DNA from: Squalus acanthias
Lineage: Eukaryota
DNA: 64,000 nucleotides
Assembly (NCBI GenBank): GCA_030390025.1
Contig: CM059432.1
Coordinates: forward strand, 126,792,001-126,856,000
Direction: 5' to 3'
In this document: positions 38,145 through 50,272 of the stretch, in pieces
How positions within the stretch are numbered: the first letter of the stretch is position 1
How the letters are laid out: every line of letters begins with the position of its first letter
The notes under the pieces: model-generated
The model's database searches: none
Told to the model about the DNA's origin: nothing
The model's input: the letters and a program-made list of their open reading frames with translations, nothing else
Translations under genes and position numbers: made by a program

Positions 38145-38304
38145 CTCCAGGTAAATACGATTCACTTGCTGTATCATCACCATCATCTCCATCTTCATCA
38201 TCACGGCTAAGTAGGTTGTTTACAGCAAGGTTGACATCCAAATTAGTCCTCTGTAGTTCCCGGATAATAACACTCCTAGACTTGCCTTGCAATACAACTT
38301 GTGC
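38145..38304 (-). CDS. UBR5: UBR5 exon (~exon 7), 160 nt; UBA domain
   Basis: aaacag|GCA CAA...GGA G|gtttgt; [53 protein letters not shown]. Confidence 0.96.
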
Positions 38305-38671
38305 CTGTTTACAAGAGAAAAGACTAAACTGTAGTATAGAATGGAGAATTCAGTTTAAAATAAAAATGTGAAACGCTAGTTAAGATCAGATCTAATTAAC
38401 TTTCTAAAAAAGTAAAAATTTTCAACAGATTTTTTACAAGATTACATCAGTTCTCTAAAGTAAGAACTGCCACCTTAGTTGCTGTTTTTTCAAATAAAGA
38501 AAGCATCAAGTAAAGATGAAAACTAGAACTTTGATGTCCAGACACTAACTTTAAGATTTAGCTATTTTAAGAATTCACTTACTGAATTGGTCTATCCAAT
38601 ATCATCAAGAATCAAGTCTGTAAACAGCTCAGCTGTCTAACTATCCACTTAACTAGGTACAAAACCTCTTA

Positions 38672-38870
38672 ATTCATTCCTGGGATATGGGCATCGCTGG
38701 CAAGGCCAGCATTTATTGCCCATCCATAGATGCCCTTGAGAAAGTAATGGTGGGCCTTCTTCTTGAACTGCTGCAGTCCCTGTGGTGAAGGTACTCTCAC
38801 AATGTTGAGAGGTAGGGAGTGCCAGGATTTTGACAGCGATGATAAAGGATGTTCTTGAATATTTCGTAAA
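38672..38870 (-). mobile_element. 3' tail of the 7938-11052 LINE family
   Basis: GGGCATCGCTGGCAAGGCCAGCATTTATTGCCCATCC...GCCCTTGAGAA. Confidence 0.8.
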
Positions 38871-39789
38871 TATTCCTGAAAAGATGGATTATGCTACTGG
38901 CAAACACTAAAATAATGCATTCAAGCAATAACTTTAGCTGAAAATGCCCAAGGCCAAAAATAAACGATGCCTCTCTTTCAATTGTACATGCATCTTTCAG
39001 ACATCTGTACTACCCATTTAGCATAAAAGTGCTTCATGTTGCACTTACATTACAGAACTGCTCAACAATATAGCCCAAGTATCCTGGCTACTGGGGCATT
39101 CACCCCGCTTATATTGAGGGGCAGATTCCATAGCACTGGAAAACCATAAAACATGCATGCACAAACTAGCACAGATGGAGTTGCTCAAGTTGCAGTTCAC
39201 AGCATAATTTTCTGGCTACCAGACCTTCCCCATTAGCTGGGGAAGATGAGCCAAATTAAATTCTGCATTGCTGGGCTTGATGAACAGGGTGAACCAACAG
39301 CCAGAGAAGACATGGTCTCTTCCCCTAGTCAAACCATCAATAGCAACCTCTTTTGGTTAACATCTCAGCCTCCAGAGGAAGCACCAGCACTTAATTTATC
39401 TTACAGCATTGCTGCTGAAGCCAGAGCTGCTGTCAAGCAAGAGTGCTGGAAAGTTAAGTGAAATGTTCAACAATCCATTTCTGTCCCAGTTGCCATGACA
39501 GTGGGATTATGCTCCATGAGCACATCACTTCCAGTTTACACAAGGGATGACAGAATCTACATAGGATACACGTTAGAATGAAAATTGAAATTCTGCACCG
39601 CTTTGCATTACACCTACAGTTTTCATCAAATTGGCTCAATGACAGCATGAATGAGTTCAAAAAAGCATTGAAAGTGCGAGATGTTTAGCGCATTGATGTT
39701 CTATGATTATTGTCACTATTAACTCACTAATTCAAGTTCACTGTTAAATTACCATGAATCCAAAGTCATTTTTATTCTTAACATACTTA

Positions 39790-41003
39790 TTAGAATCAGA
39801 GAAATTTATGGCACAGAAGGAGGCCATTTGGCTCATCATCTCTGTGCTGGCTGAAAAAAACCTATCCAGCCTAATCTCACTTTCCCGCTCTTGGTCCTTA
39901 GCCCTGTAGGTTGCAGCACTTCTAGTGCATATCCAAGTACTTCTTAAATGTGATGAGGGTTTCTGCCTCTACCACCCACTCAGGCAGCGAGTTCCAGACC
40001 CCCACCACTCTGGGTGAAAAAAGTTCTCAACTCCCCTCTAATCCTTCTACCAATTACTTTAAATCTATGCCCCCTGGTTATTGAACTCTCTACTAAGGGA
40101 AATAGGCCCTTCCTATCCACTCTCCTAGGCACCTCAATTTTATACACCTCAAATCAAGTCTCCCCTCAGCCTCCTCTGTTCCAAAGAAAACAACCCCAGC
40201 CTATCCAATCTTTCCTCATAGCTAAAATTCTCCAGTCCTGGCAACATCCTCGTAAATCTCCTCTGTACCCTCTCTAGTGCAATCACATCCTTCCTGTAAT
40301 GTGGTGACCAGAACTGTACACAGTACTCTAGCTGTGGCCTAACTAGTGTTTTATACAGTTCAAGCATAACCCCCCCACCCACTCTTACATTCTATGCCTC
40401 GGCTAATAAAGGAAAGTATCCTGTATGCCTTCTTAACCACCTTCTCTACCTGCCCTGCTACCCTTCAGGGATCTGTGGACATGCACTCCAAGGTCCTTCT
40501 GTTCCTCTACACTTCTCAGTATCCTACTATTTATTGTGTATTCCCTTGCCTTGTTAGCCCTCCTCAAATGCATTACCTCACACTTCTCCAGATTGAATTC
40601 CATTTGTCACTTTTCTACCCACCTGACCAGTCCATTGTTATCTTCCTGCAGTCTACAGCTTTCTTCCTCACTATCAACCACACGGCCAATTTTTGTATCA
40701 TCTGCAAACTTCTAAATCACGCCCCCTACATTGAAGTCTAAATCATTGATATATACCACAAAAAGCAAGGGACCTAGTACTGAGCCCCGTGGAACCCCAC
40801 TGGAAACAGCCTTCCCGTCACAAAAACACCCGTCAACCATTACCCTTTGCTTCCTGCCACTTAGCCAATTTTGGATCCAATTCGTCACTTCTACTTGGAT
40901 CCCATGAGCTTTTACTTTTCTGACCAGTCTGCCATGTGGGAACTTGTCAAAAGCCTTGCTAAAATCCATGTAGACTATATCAAACGCACTACCCTCATCG
41001 CCC
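39790..41003 (-). mobile_element. 5'-truncated CR1 LINE
   Basis: DIVYMDFSKAFDKFPH...[46 protein letters not shown]. Confidence 0.92.
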
Positions 41004-41194
41004 AATAGTATGAAAAACTGCAGGAAAACTGCTAATCCCTGGAGTATATTAAGGCCATGTTACGATGCTTTTTTTGACTATTCACAAAGAGCCAAGCACT
41101 GCACAGTACCCAGAAGTAGTGGGAAATTTTATTGTTAGTGATTCTAACTTTGAGCACAATTTTGCATATTATATAGCATTTTCTGTAATAAAGG

Positions 41195-41606
41195 CAGAAA
41201 GAATTTGATATTATATTGCAACTTTCATTACCTCAGGACGTCCCAAAATAGCCAATGGTACATTTTTGAAGTGTAGTCACGGTTGTAGGGAAACGTGGCA
41301 GCAAATTTGCACACAGACAGCAATGAGATAATAACCAGATAATCTACTCTATTAATGTTAGTTGAGGGATAAATATTGGTCAGGACACCAGGGAGAACTT
41401 CCCTCCTCTTCTTCGAATAGTACCATGGGATCTTTTACACCCACCTAGCAGGGCCCCAGTTTAATGTCTCAACCAAATGATGGCACCTCCCACAGTGCAA
41501 CACTGAAGTGTCAGCCTAGATTATGTGCTCAAGTCACTGGAGTAGGACTTGAACCCACAACCTTCTGACTCAGAGGCAAGAGGGTTACCACTGAGCCAAG
41601 GCTGAC
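41195..41606 (-). mobile_element. Near-complete DeuSINE, second copy (as 1954-2418)
   Basis: CTCTTCTTCGAATAGTACCATGGGATCTTTTAC core; GGACTTGAACCCACAACCTTCTGACTC...CCACTGAGCCA head. Confidence 0.85.
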
Positions 41607-42259
41607 AAATAATATTGCCCAAGCAGATTTATAGTCCAGAGCTATTTCGAAAAGTGACTTTTTCGGGATGGGGTTTGCCCACCTGATGACTGAAGCGCAC
41701 GTTAATACAGCAGGACAGTTTTACCAGCAAAAATGGTGAGCAAACACCATGGACACGATCAGTTTAATAGATGCTTGCACTATCTATCAAGACATTCTTT
41801 CTCCAGCAAGGAAAAAATAATATATATATATATATATATTTTAATATATATTAGTCGGAGTCAGCAACACTGACCCAGTACCACAATGGTACAATCATGT
41901 TCTTTGGCTTTGACTGGCTTTGCCACAATCATTTACAGTATCGGGAAAACAAAAAGAACTCCGAGTCGAGCAACAACTGACTTTCAGAAACCCACCAATA
42001 CACTGAATTTTACGAAATTGCAGCAATGATAGCAGCAAATGGGATATAAACTATCCACTCCTTTGTCTTGTTGGCACCTGTAACTGGTTGAGAGTCTTTG
42101 CACAGGCAATTATTTTAATTTAAAAAAACGACTAGATTACATATTGCACATCATTTACAGTTAGAGGGTCATCATGTTAACTATATACACACACCTGTAA
42201 CATATCCAAATTTTATGGAAAAGTCATAATTAAGAATTGGCTGTAACAAGAGGAAACAA

Positions 42260-42480
42260 GGGCCAGAACTTGCGGTCGATATGACTGCGTACTCTGAGCA
42301 CGCTGTCATACTGCCTTTGAAACAGACACCAAGTTCTGGATTTCCATATCCCGAACTTGCGATGTCAAGTTCCGACTTGACAGATGATCCGCACCGACGG
42401 GGAAATCCTAATTGCTGGCGCAGAGTTTGGCTAATTGCCCACCAACTGCCCAGCAATTACGCCTGAAAATTTTACGGCTG
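42260..42480. mobile_element. Truncated MITE end of the same TIR type as 23868
   Basis: Begins GGGCCAGAACTTGC; CpG-rich; no matching right TIR found. Confidence 0.5.
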
Positions 42481-42851
42481 ATGCAAACAATGCCCAAATT
42501 CAACTATTAAACCTCACCATTAGTAATGAACTGTAATTATACAGATGCTGCTAATCATCTCAATCACACTTCTATTATCTGGAATTGAATGCTCAATGTC
42601 ATACCTTTAGAATTTGTAGCTCAACATTTCAAGTTGGGCCATTGCTCTTAAGGTCAAATTCATCCTGTCCCAACCCCTGCTCACTGAATTTCAGGTCCCA
42701 TTCCCCAAAATCTCTCATCAGTGCCAGCCCAATTTACATTGTTTGAAACACATTCAGCCTTTACTTGGCCCAATGGGATCAAGTCCCTTGCATAGCCCAA
42801 TGCCAAAATGGAGCACACAGGATAATTCCCTAGCAGTTGCTGTCATATTAC

Positions 42852-43032
42852 CTGAGAGATAAGTTCCTCTGGAATGACGGATGCTGGTATAACTGGCTGT
42901 GGTTGGCTTCCCAAAAGTCCAGATCCTCGATCACGACCAGTACGTATCACTCTAGTCTGCCTCCTTGAATCTCTTGCCCCTGTTGATGATCTTCCTGAGG
43001 CCCCACCGCTCACTCCAGAACTCCAACGGCTC
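42852..43032 (-). CDS. UBR5: UBR5 exon (~exon 6), 181 nt; start of UBA domain
   Basis: attcag|G AGC CGT...TCT CAG|gtaata; SRWSSGVSGGASGRSS...PVIPASVIPEELISQ. Confidence 0.96.
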
Positions 43033-44235
43033 CTGAATGTGTAATTCATGAAGTCTAAATTAGTTAAACTAGTATAACTGGAATTAGAAAGGGATGAAAG
43101 CGAAGATTCATACAAGAAACCTGTAAACACCATGAGAGATTAAAAAGTACAAACCATCTTTAGAGATGCTTCAGGAGCATTTTATACATAATGATTTACC
43201 CAGAAGCTTCATAACTTTTCAATAGCAACAGGTAAAAGGGTTAAAATAATGCATTCTAGATCAGCCAACCGCAGTTTCTAACAAGTGCTTTACTTAGCCT
43301 CGACAAATGAACTGCAAATATGAAATTCAAACATGCATTAACTAATGGGGAACTTTGGTCAAAATCTGTTACTCAACAATGGGTATATCAGTCAGTGAAT
43401 CCAGTAACAAAAAAACACAGCTTTGTAATTGGTTGTAGGGGGAGGGAGAGTGGAAAAATTTATGACAAACGATCTTGAGAAAGTCTTGTTGCGTTTTTTT
43501 TTAAGAAATGTGTCTACTAGCTATATTTCTGTATCGTGTCCAGCTAGGATAAACAGAATATGCAACGCAAATACTCCAACATCTCAAGGCGCAGATTCTT
43601 CCAGATGGAGGGGAATCTTGATTATCTGTCTTAATATGGGGAGGTCGGGGGGACCAAGGCCACCCTCGGAGGATATTCGAAATTGGCAGATAATGGAGTC
43701 CTCAACTCTTTTGTAAACTTATGTTAGACTGTTTTTATTAAAGAATTCTGGTTGTGTTAAGTTTCAAAAATATTCAGATGCATAGTCAAGGTTCCATGGT
43801 AATGAGAGAATGCACAATGTAATAGCTGTTTGAACCTGCATTGCATATCAGATGATATCCAACTTCATTTCAAAAGACTCCCTAACCAGTTTTTCTTTAC
43901 AAATGTGTACTATTTTAGCTACCTTCTCAAGATCCCAGTATTTTTCTACAGTTCATAATGACAGTAGATTTTGGCAGCTGAAATTTCCATTCTCGTACTT
44001 CATTGACAGGTATACCCATATTTTATAGTCATGTTAAATCCCATTTCACAGATCATTTACAGTGCTTCACAGTTTGAATTGTTAATGATGCACACTAAAC
44101 ACTTCAAGTCAACAGTTTGCATATGAACAGCATAAAGCATCTATTGCTGCGCAAATTTAAGGTGAGTAGCAGTGTTAGAAAAGCAGTCACCAGGATCCCC
44201 ATTCATGAATTCAAAAGAATATGAAAAGATATGAA

Positions 44236-44823
44236 TCCGTTCAGTCCGCAAGGGGGACCCCGAGCTCCCGGTGGCCTGTCACTTTAATTCACCGCTTCAC
44301 TCCCACTCTGACCTCACCGTCCTCGGCCTAATACACTGCTCCACGGAAGCTCAGCGTAAGCTCGAGGAACAGCACCTCATCTTTCGTTTAGGCACGCTAC
44401 AGCCCTCTGGACTCAATATCGAGTTCAACAATTTTAGATCATAACCTCAGCTCCAATCACATTTATATTTTATTTTATCCACCCTTTTATTTGTCCCCCC
44501 CACCTTTTTTTTCCTCCTAGAAGCTGGCAGCTGTCCTTCATTCTGCCAGTAGATTTCACACTTCATTCAGCCTTAATCTGTCACATTAACACCACCTCTA
44601 GCCTTGCATATCTCTTAATGTCTCTTAATGTCTCTTCATCTCCTCCTTTGTTCCTTTATCCCCTCCCCCTTTTCCCAGCTTTACCCTGGCCTTAAATCTA
44701 TTTGATTTCCAGCTCTTCCCAGTTCTGATGAAAGGTCATTGACCTGAAACGTCAACTCTCTTTCTCTCTCCACGGATGCTGCCTGGCCTGCTGAGTTTTT
44801 CCAGCGTTTTCTGTTGTTATTTC
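44236..44823 (+). mobile_element. Penelope-like element 3' fragment (GIY-YIG C-terminus and 3' terminal region) with 14-bp target-site duplication
   Basis: About 90% identical to the reverse complement of 50555-50759; flanking TTCAAAAGAATATG at 44210-44223 and 44821-44834. Confidence 0.9.
44721..44757 (+). ncRNA. Minimal type-I hammerhead-ribozyme-like motif in the PLE terminus
   Basis: AGTT-CTGATGA-A-AGGTC(ATT)GACCT-GAAA-CG-TC-AACT. Confidence 0.6.
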
Positions 44824-45143
44824 AAAAGAATATGCTTGTGCAAGTACCATTTCATTGCCACTATGTGTCCAACTGAATTGTTAACACAGTAATTGGTAAT
44901 GTATGCTTGTAACATTTAGCAGCAGAAAGCCCATACACAAGGGGAAACCAAGCAACCCATTTTAGCTGTGAGGAATGATAAGTCACATTCCTGAATGCAT
45001 CAATGACATGCACTATAAATAACAGCTAAAATTTACAGCAAGCAGTTTTCAAAACAATTTTTAACCACCCTAGTAATGCACATTTCTTTGGCACACGGGT
45101 TGACTTATAGGTCATGTTGACCTGGAACCCTGCCAAAACTTAC

Positions 45144-45263
45144 CCAAGGGGGTTGCCTGCCAGTCTGCCCAGAGTATCAGAACCAGACAGAAACCATGGG
45201 GAATCACTACTCCTGCCTGGCCTGGAAGTCCTTCCTGTGCCTGAACCACTGCTCAACTTTGAA
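45144..45263 (-). CDS. UBR5: UBR5 exon (~exon 5), 120 nt
   Basis: tttccag|T TCA AAG...CTT GG|gtaagt; SKLSSGSGTGRTSRPGRSSDSPWFLSGSDTLGRLAGNPLG. Confidence 0.96.
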
Positions 45264-46547
45264 CTGGAAACAAAGATGGGAGATGGGTTACAACACAGGT
45301 ATCCCAAGCCTTGCAGCTCAGGGACTTTACATTTGCTGTAACTGGTGAATGACCAGCCAGAGCAACACCCTTGGGCAATTTTTAGCATTCAAAATTTATA
45401 CCGATGTTACTTTTTTGTGGCTCGCTGCCCAATAAAAAAATTAAATACAGATATTAAAAAACAAATTCTGCCTTTGCATTTAAATGGAAAGTTTCCTTTC
45501 TTTTCAGCTCAAGGCAATGTTGCAAACTACTTCTAAAATCAAAATTTGAAAAAACTTACAATTAAGCTTATATTTTTAAACAAGTATAACTGGACAATAT
45601 GCAATGTACAACTATTCAAAATTAAGTATCTCCATTTAGTTCAAATACCCGTTAGCTCTAAAATAAGATTTTCATTGTCAGGAAATGTCTCATCAGCATG
45701 GCTACGGTTGTCAGATGTCACCATGATCTTATAAATCTTAATTCATAGTGGACTTTATTTAAAAAAAGTAGCCGTTTACAATTTTGTAAGTTTTGTTTTT
45801 AAGACTGAAATCTGTCCAGAAAAAAAGTGACCTTCAAATATGAAGCACAAGCACAATTTGGGATATGCTTCATTTTCAGATTAGCAGAGAACAAAACCTA
45901 ATCAGTTCCAAAGTTGTTGGCATACAATGCATCACCATTTTGCAGCCATGTGTGTGTCAGGAACAACCATCTTTAATACTTGAACATTTGTACAAGCAGC
46001 TTAAGATTGCTAGACATGTTGTAATAAATCATAGCTAAACTTCAAAGCAGACACTATTGCTGCAATGTGCAGTTGTGTATTTAAGCAAGACAGAGTTTGG
46101 TCAGATGGTACAAGATCTTTCATTAAAAAAATTTAGCCAAAATGTGTCACCTAATTTTAATTCTACAATCATGATAAAAAGCACAAAATTGACCAGAAAG
46201 GTTTTCTTGAATCAAAACATAATGGGAATAAACAGAATAGTGCATCATACATTTAATGCCAGATTATATTGCAATTTTATGGTGATCAGTTAAATGAAAA
46301 AATAAAAAGTTCAACTGCAAAGTTTTGCATAGAAAATAAAAGCTACACACTATTGGCTTCCCTTCAATGCTTACATGCACATGTAAAAATTACTGGTATA
46401 CTACCAAAAATGTCAGCACGGAATTTGCATGCAGATCTTAAAGAATTACAGGTTTATATACACCTTTTAAAACATGGATAAACTGCAAATTAAGTATATA
46501 CAGAGATGACCAAACCAAGAACAAAATCAGTGGAAACAAGTACTTAC

Positions 46548-46624
46548 CCATCACTAGTATCTGTTTTTCCCAGCTCCAATCTGTCCGGTTGAACAGCAAA
46601 GCTAATTCTGCAGATGCGGCCATC
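46548..46624 (-). CDS. UBR5: UBR5 exon (~exon 4), 77 nt
   Basis: ccccag|GAT GGC...GAT GG|gtaagt; DGRICRISFAVQPDRLELGKTDTSDG. Confidence 0.96.
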
Positions 46625-47267
46625 CTGGGGTGTGGAGGCGAAAGAAAGGAAAAGAGAAAGAGATTCCAGCATGAAATACCATAAAATTGTGCACTGCTGA
46701 ACTTCAAAACATGTGATTTCTTTAACACAGCTAAAAATTAAAAATAAATTGCAACTACACATACTACTAAAGCCAAAGTTTTCACTTAAGGGAAGACAAG
46801 TGAATCATTAATGTAGTTAGCCAAATAATTACAACCCATTAAGCTATCTAGATTCAATCAATGCATTTGTGGCACATTAACATTAAAATTTCTGGACTTG
46901 AAAACATTTTTCCAGCACCTTCAGCAGTTCTATACTGAAACCATGTAGACCTTGCCCCAGAAACATGCAGTTTATAAAATGATTGAATTAGAAGGCAAAG
47001 CTTGATGTGCATTTTCAGCTAATCACCACAGTGCTGAACAGATCTATTATGCCATAAAAACACCAGTACACCAAAACAATTTGCTTTGCGCAGTTTTAAG
47101 CTTCCCTCGTGTTACCAGAGTCATTTTTTTGGTAAGACAATATACCAATGTAGTGCATGTTAAATCAAACGGCAGTTATGGCAACACCACAAGTTTTCCC
47201 ATCTGAATTTTGGACTCATCAAGAGGAGAGTGGTCAGCACTGGATAACAGAACACTTCCTACATCAA

Positions 47268-47499
47268 ACACCTGCAAGCTCCCCTCCAAGTCACACACCA
47301 TCCTGACTTGGAAATACTTCATCGTCGCTGGGTCAAAATCCTGGAACTCCCTCCCCAACAGCACTGTGGGAGTTTCTTTCACCTCAGACTGCAGCGGTCC
47401 AAGAAGGCAGCTCACCGCCACCTTCTCAAGGGCAATTAGGGATGGGCAATAAATGCTGGCCTTACCAGCGACACACACATCCCATGAAAGGATTAAAAA
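47268..47499 (+). mobile_element. 3' tail of the 7938-11052 LINE family
   Basis: CCCCTCCAAGTCACACACCATCCTGACTTGGAAA...CAAGGGCAATTAGGGATGGGCAATAAATGCTGGCC. Confidence 0.85.
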
Positions 47500-48599
47500 C
47501 CCACCCAGGTAGAGCAGTTGGATGCAGACTAAAGACTCTATTCGAACATGCTTCAGTCCCCAATCAAACTAATGCACGGGTGCAGAAGTTTGTCTTTGTG
47601 GGTCACACAGCTGAGTGTCATGGAGCCTTGGGTATCACATATAAAGTTTAATTGATTTCTCTGTTAAAGTGCATACATATCAAGATGCTGATAACAGATT
47701 TTAGTTCTGATTTAGGATTTATTCAAGAATGAGGCAACAGTCCTTTACAACCCTCCAAATCCATAAAATCCACAGGACAAACAAGCAAAGAAGAAATCCA
47801 AGCACAAATAGAAGTGAATTGCCTGTGTTTGGAGGGCTGATTGCTGGAGAAAGGAGAGTGGGGCACATATCCCTTGGGTTGCACGTTGTACACCCCTACA
47901 TTAATGCACTATGTTGACATTTTTGTTTTTCCCACAGTGAGACTGTCAATTTAGTAATTGCATGTAGTTTTCTATCCTGAACCCTTTCTCACTAGGAACT
48001 GAATGGAAGATTGCTCAAACTCATGTCATGCTAGGCAGCTGAAAGATTTTTATTGCTGGGCTGAATTTGAACCAAAGTGAATTGTCAGTGTCTAAAATCC
48101 ACTGCTCCACCCACCTCCCATACCTGGCATTGCTGATACTCTCACTTTAGATGTCAGGAATGGCAAGCTCCATATGAAAACTATTTTTAAAAATGCTGTT
48201 CATTTGCTTTAAGAAATTGTTGAAATTTGTATTTGTTGTCGAATCTTAGTTCTTGTCCATAAAATTCCACCAAAAACATGGATTGACAAACATACACACC
48301 AATCAATGCAACCTGCATTTCCTTTGAGTTTTACAGTGGAAAATACTTGGAGTTGCAGCTTTGAATTCAAAAATAACCTGCAAAAACTTTAATCCTTTCA
48401 AAAGTAATTCTTGTACGCTCATCCCTCTAGAGAAAACAGCAGCCGTAGAGGAAAACTGGACAAGTGATAATCCCACAGCAGGTCTTTTGCTACCACAGCT
48501 CCTCAACTAACATTGAACAGCTAGCCTTCAATTCTCGATGGCTATTAGTGAAGCTGCAGTAGTCTTGATCCAGAAGGCATAGGTTAGGTAGCGGTACAG

Positions 48600-50212
48600 A
48601 TCCTATAAAAACAGATTGGAAGAGCTTCTACAAGTATGTAAAAAGAGAGTAGCAAAAGTAAGCGCTGGTCCCGTCCCTTAGAGGCTGAGACAGGAGAAAT
48701 TATAATGGGGAATAAGGAAATGGAACAAATATTTTGTATCTGTCTTCACAGTAGAAGACAAAAAAATACCAAAAGTAGTGGGGAACCAAGGGACTAATGA
48801 GAGCGAGGAACTTAAATAAATAAAATAAGTAGTTGTACACCCCTACATTAATGCACTATGAAATAAGATCAGTAGAGAAAAAGTACTTGAGAAACTAATA
48901 GGACTAAATGCTGACAAATCCCCAGGACTTGATGGCCTACATCCTAGGGTTCTAAAAGAGGTGGCTGCAGAGATAGTGGATGCATTGGTTGTGATCTTCC
49001 AAAATTCCCTAGATTCTAGAATTGGAAGGTAGCAAATGTAATCCCGCTATTCAAGAAAGGAGGGAGAAAGAAAACAGGGAACTACAGGCCAGCTAACCTG
49101 ACATCAGTCAGGAAAATTCTGGAATCCATTATTAAGGAAGTGGTAACAGGGGGTTATATATTAGCATAGATAGAGGATTGGTTACAGACAAAACAGAGAG
49201 TAGGAATAAACAGGTCATTTTCAGGTTGGCAGGCTGTAATGAGTGGGGTGCTGCAAGAATTAGTGCTTATATTAAATGACTTACATGAAGTGACCGAGTG
49301 CATTGTATCCAAGTTTGCGGACGATACAAAGCTAGGTGGGAAAATAAGTTATGAAGAGGACAGAAAGAGCCTGCAAAGGGATATAGACGGGTTAAATGAG
49401 TGAGTAATAAGGTGGCAGATGGAGTATAATGTGGGGAAATGTGAGGTTATTCACTTCGGCAGGAAAAATAGAAAAACAGATTTATTTTTTTTAAATGGTG
49501 AGAAACTATTAAATGTCGGTGTTCAGAGAGATTTAGGTGCCCTCGTACAGGAAACTCAGTCAGTATGCAGGTACAGCAAGCAATTAGGAAGGCAAATGAC
49601 ATGTTGGCTTTATTGCAAGGGGGTTGGAGTACAAGAGTAAGGAAGTCTTGCTACAATTGTACAGGGCTTTGATGAGACCACACCTGGAGTACTGTGCAGA
49701 GTTTTGGTCTCCTTATCTGAGAAAAAGATGTACTTGCCTTATAGGCGATGCAACAAAGGTTCACTAGATTGATCCCTGGGAAAAGAGGGTTCTCCTAATG
49801 AGGAGAGATCGAGTAGAATGGGCCTATACTCTCTGGAGTTTAGAAGAGTGAGAAGAGATCTCATTGAAACATAAGATTCTGAGGGGGATTGACGGTAGAT
49901 GCTGAGAGGTTGTTTCCCCTGGCTGGAGAGTCTAGAACTAGGGGGCATAGTCTCAGGATAAGGGGTTGGCCATTTAAGACTGAGGAGGAGGAGGACTTTC
50001 TTCACTCAGAGGGTTGTGAATCTTTGGAATTCTCTATCCCAAAGGGTGTGGCTGCTGAATCGTTGAATATATGACTCTAGGGGAATCAAGGGATATGGAG
50101 ATCAGGCAGGAAAGTGGAGTTGAGGTCCAAAATCATGATCTTACTGAATGGCGGAGTAGGCTCGAGAGGCTGTATGGTCTACTCCTGCTCCTAATACTTA
50201 TGTTCTTATGTT
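48600..50212 (+). mobile_element. CR1 LINE ORF2 3' part with internal deletions
   Basis: [55 protein letters not shown]; same family as 59092-60925. Confidence 0.9.
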
Positions 50213-50272
50213 TCATTTGCAATCAAAAGCCTTCAAAAATGATCTCAATGCAGCTAGCAAGAAACTATACAT

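Noticed and set aside
38006..38371. Plus-strand ORFs overlapping UBR5 exons (also 6251, 34511, 45114) as antisense genes
   Set aside because: Short shadow ORFs of the minus-strand exons with no independent protein features
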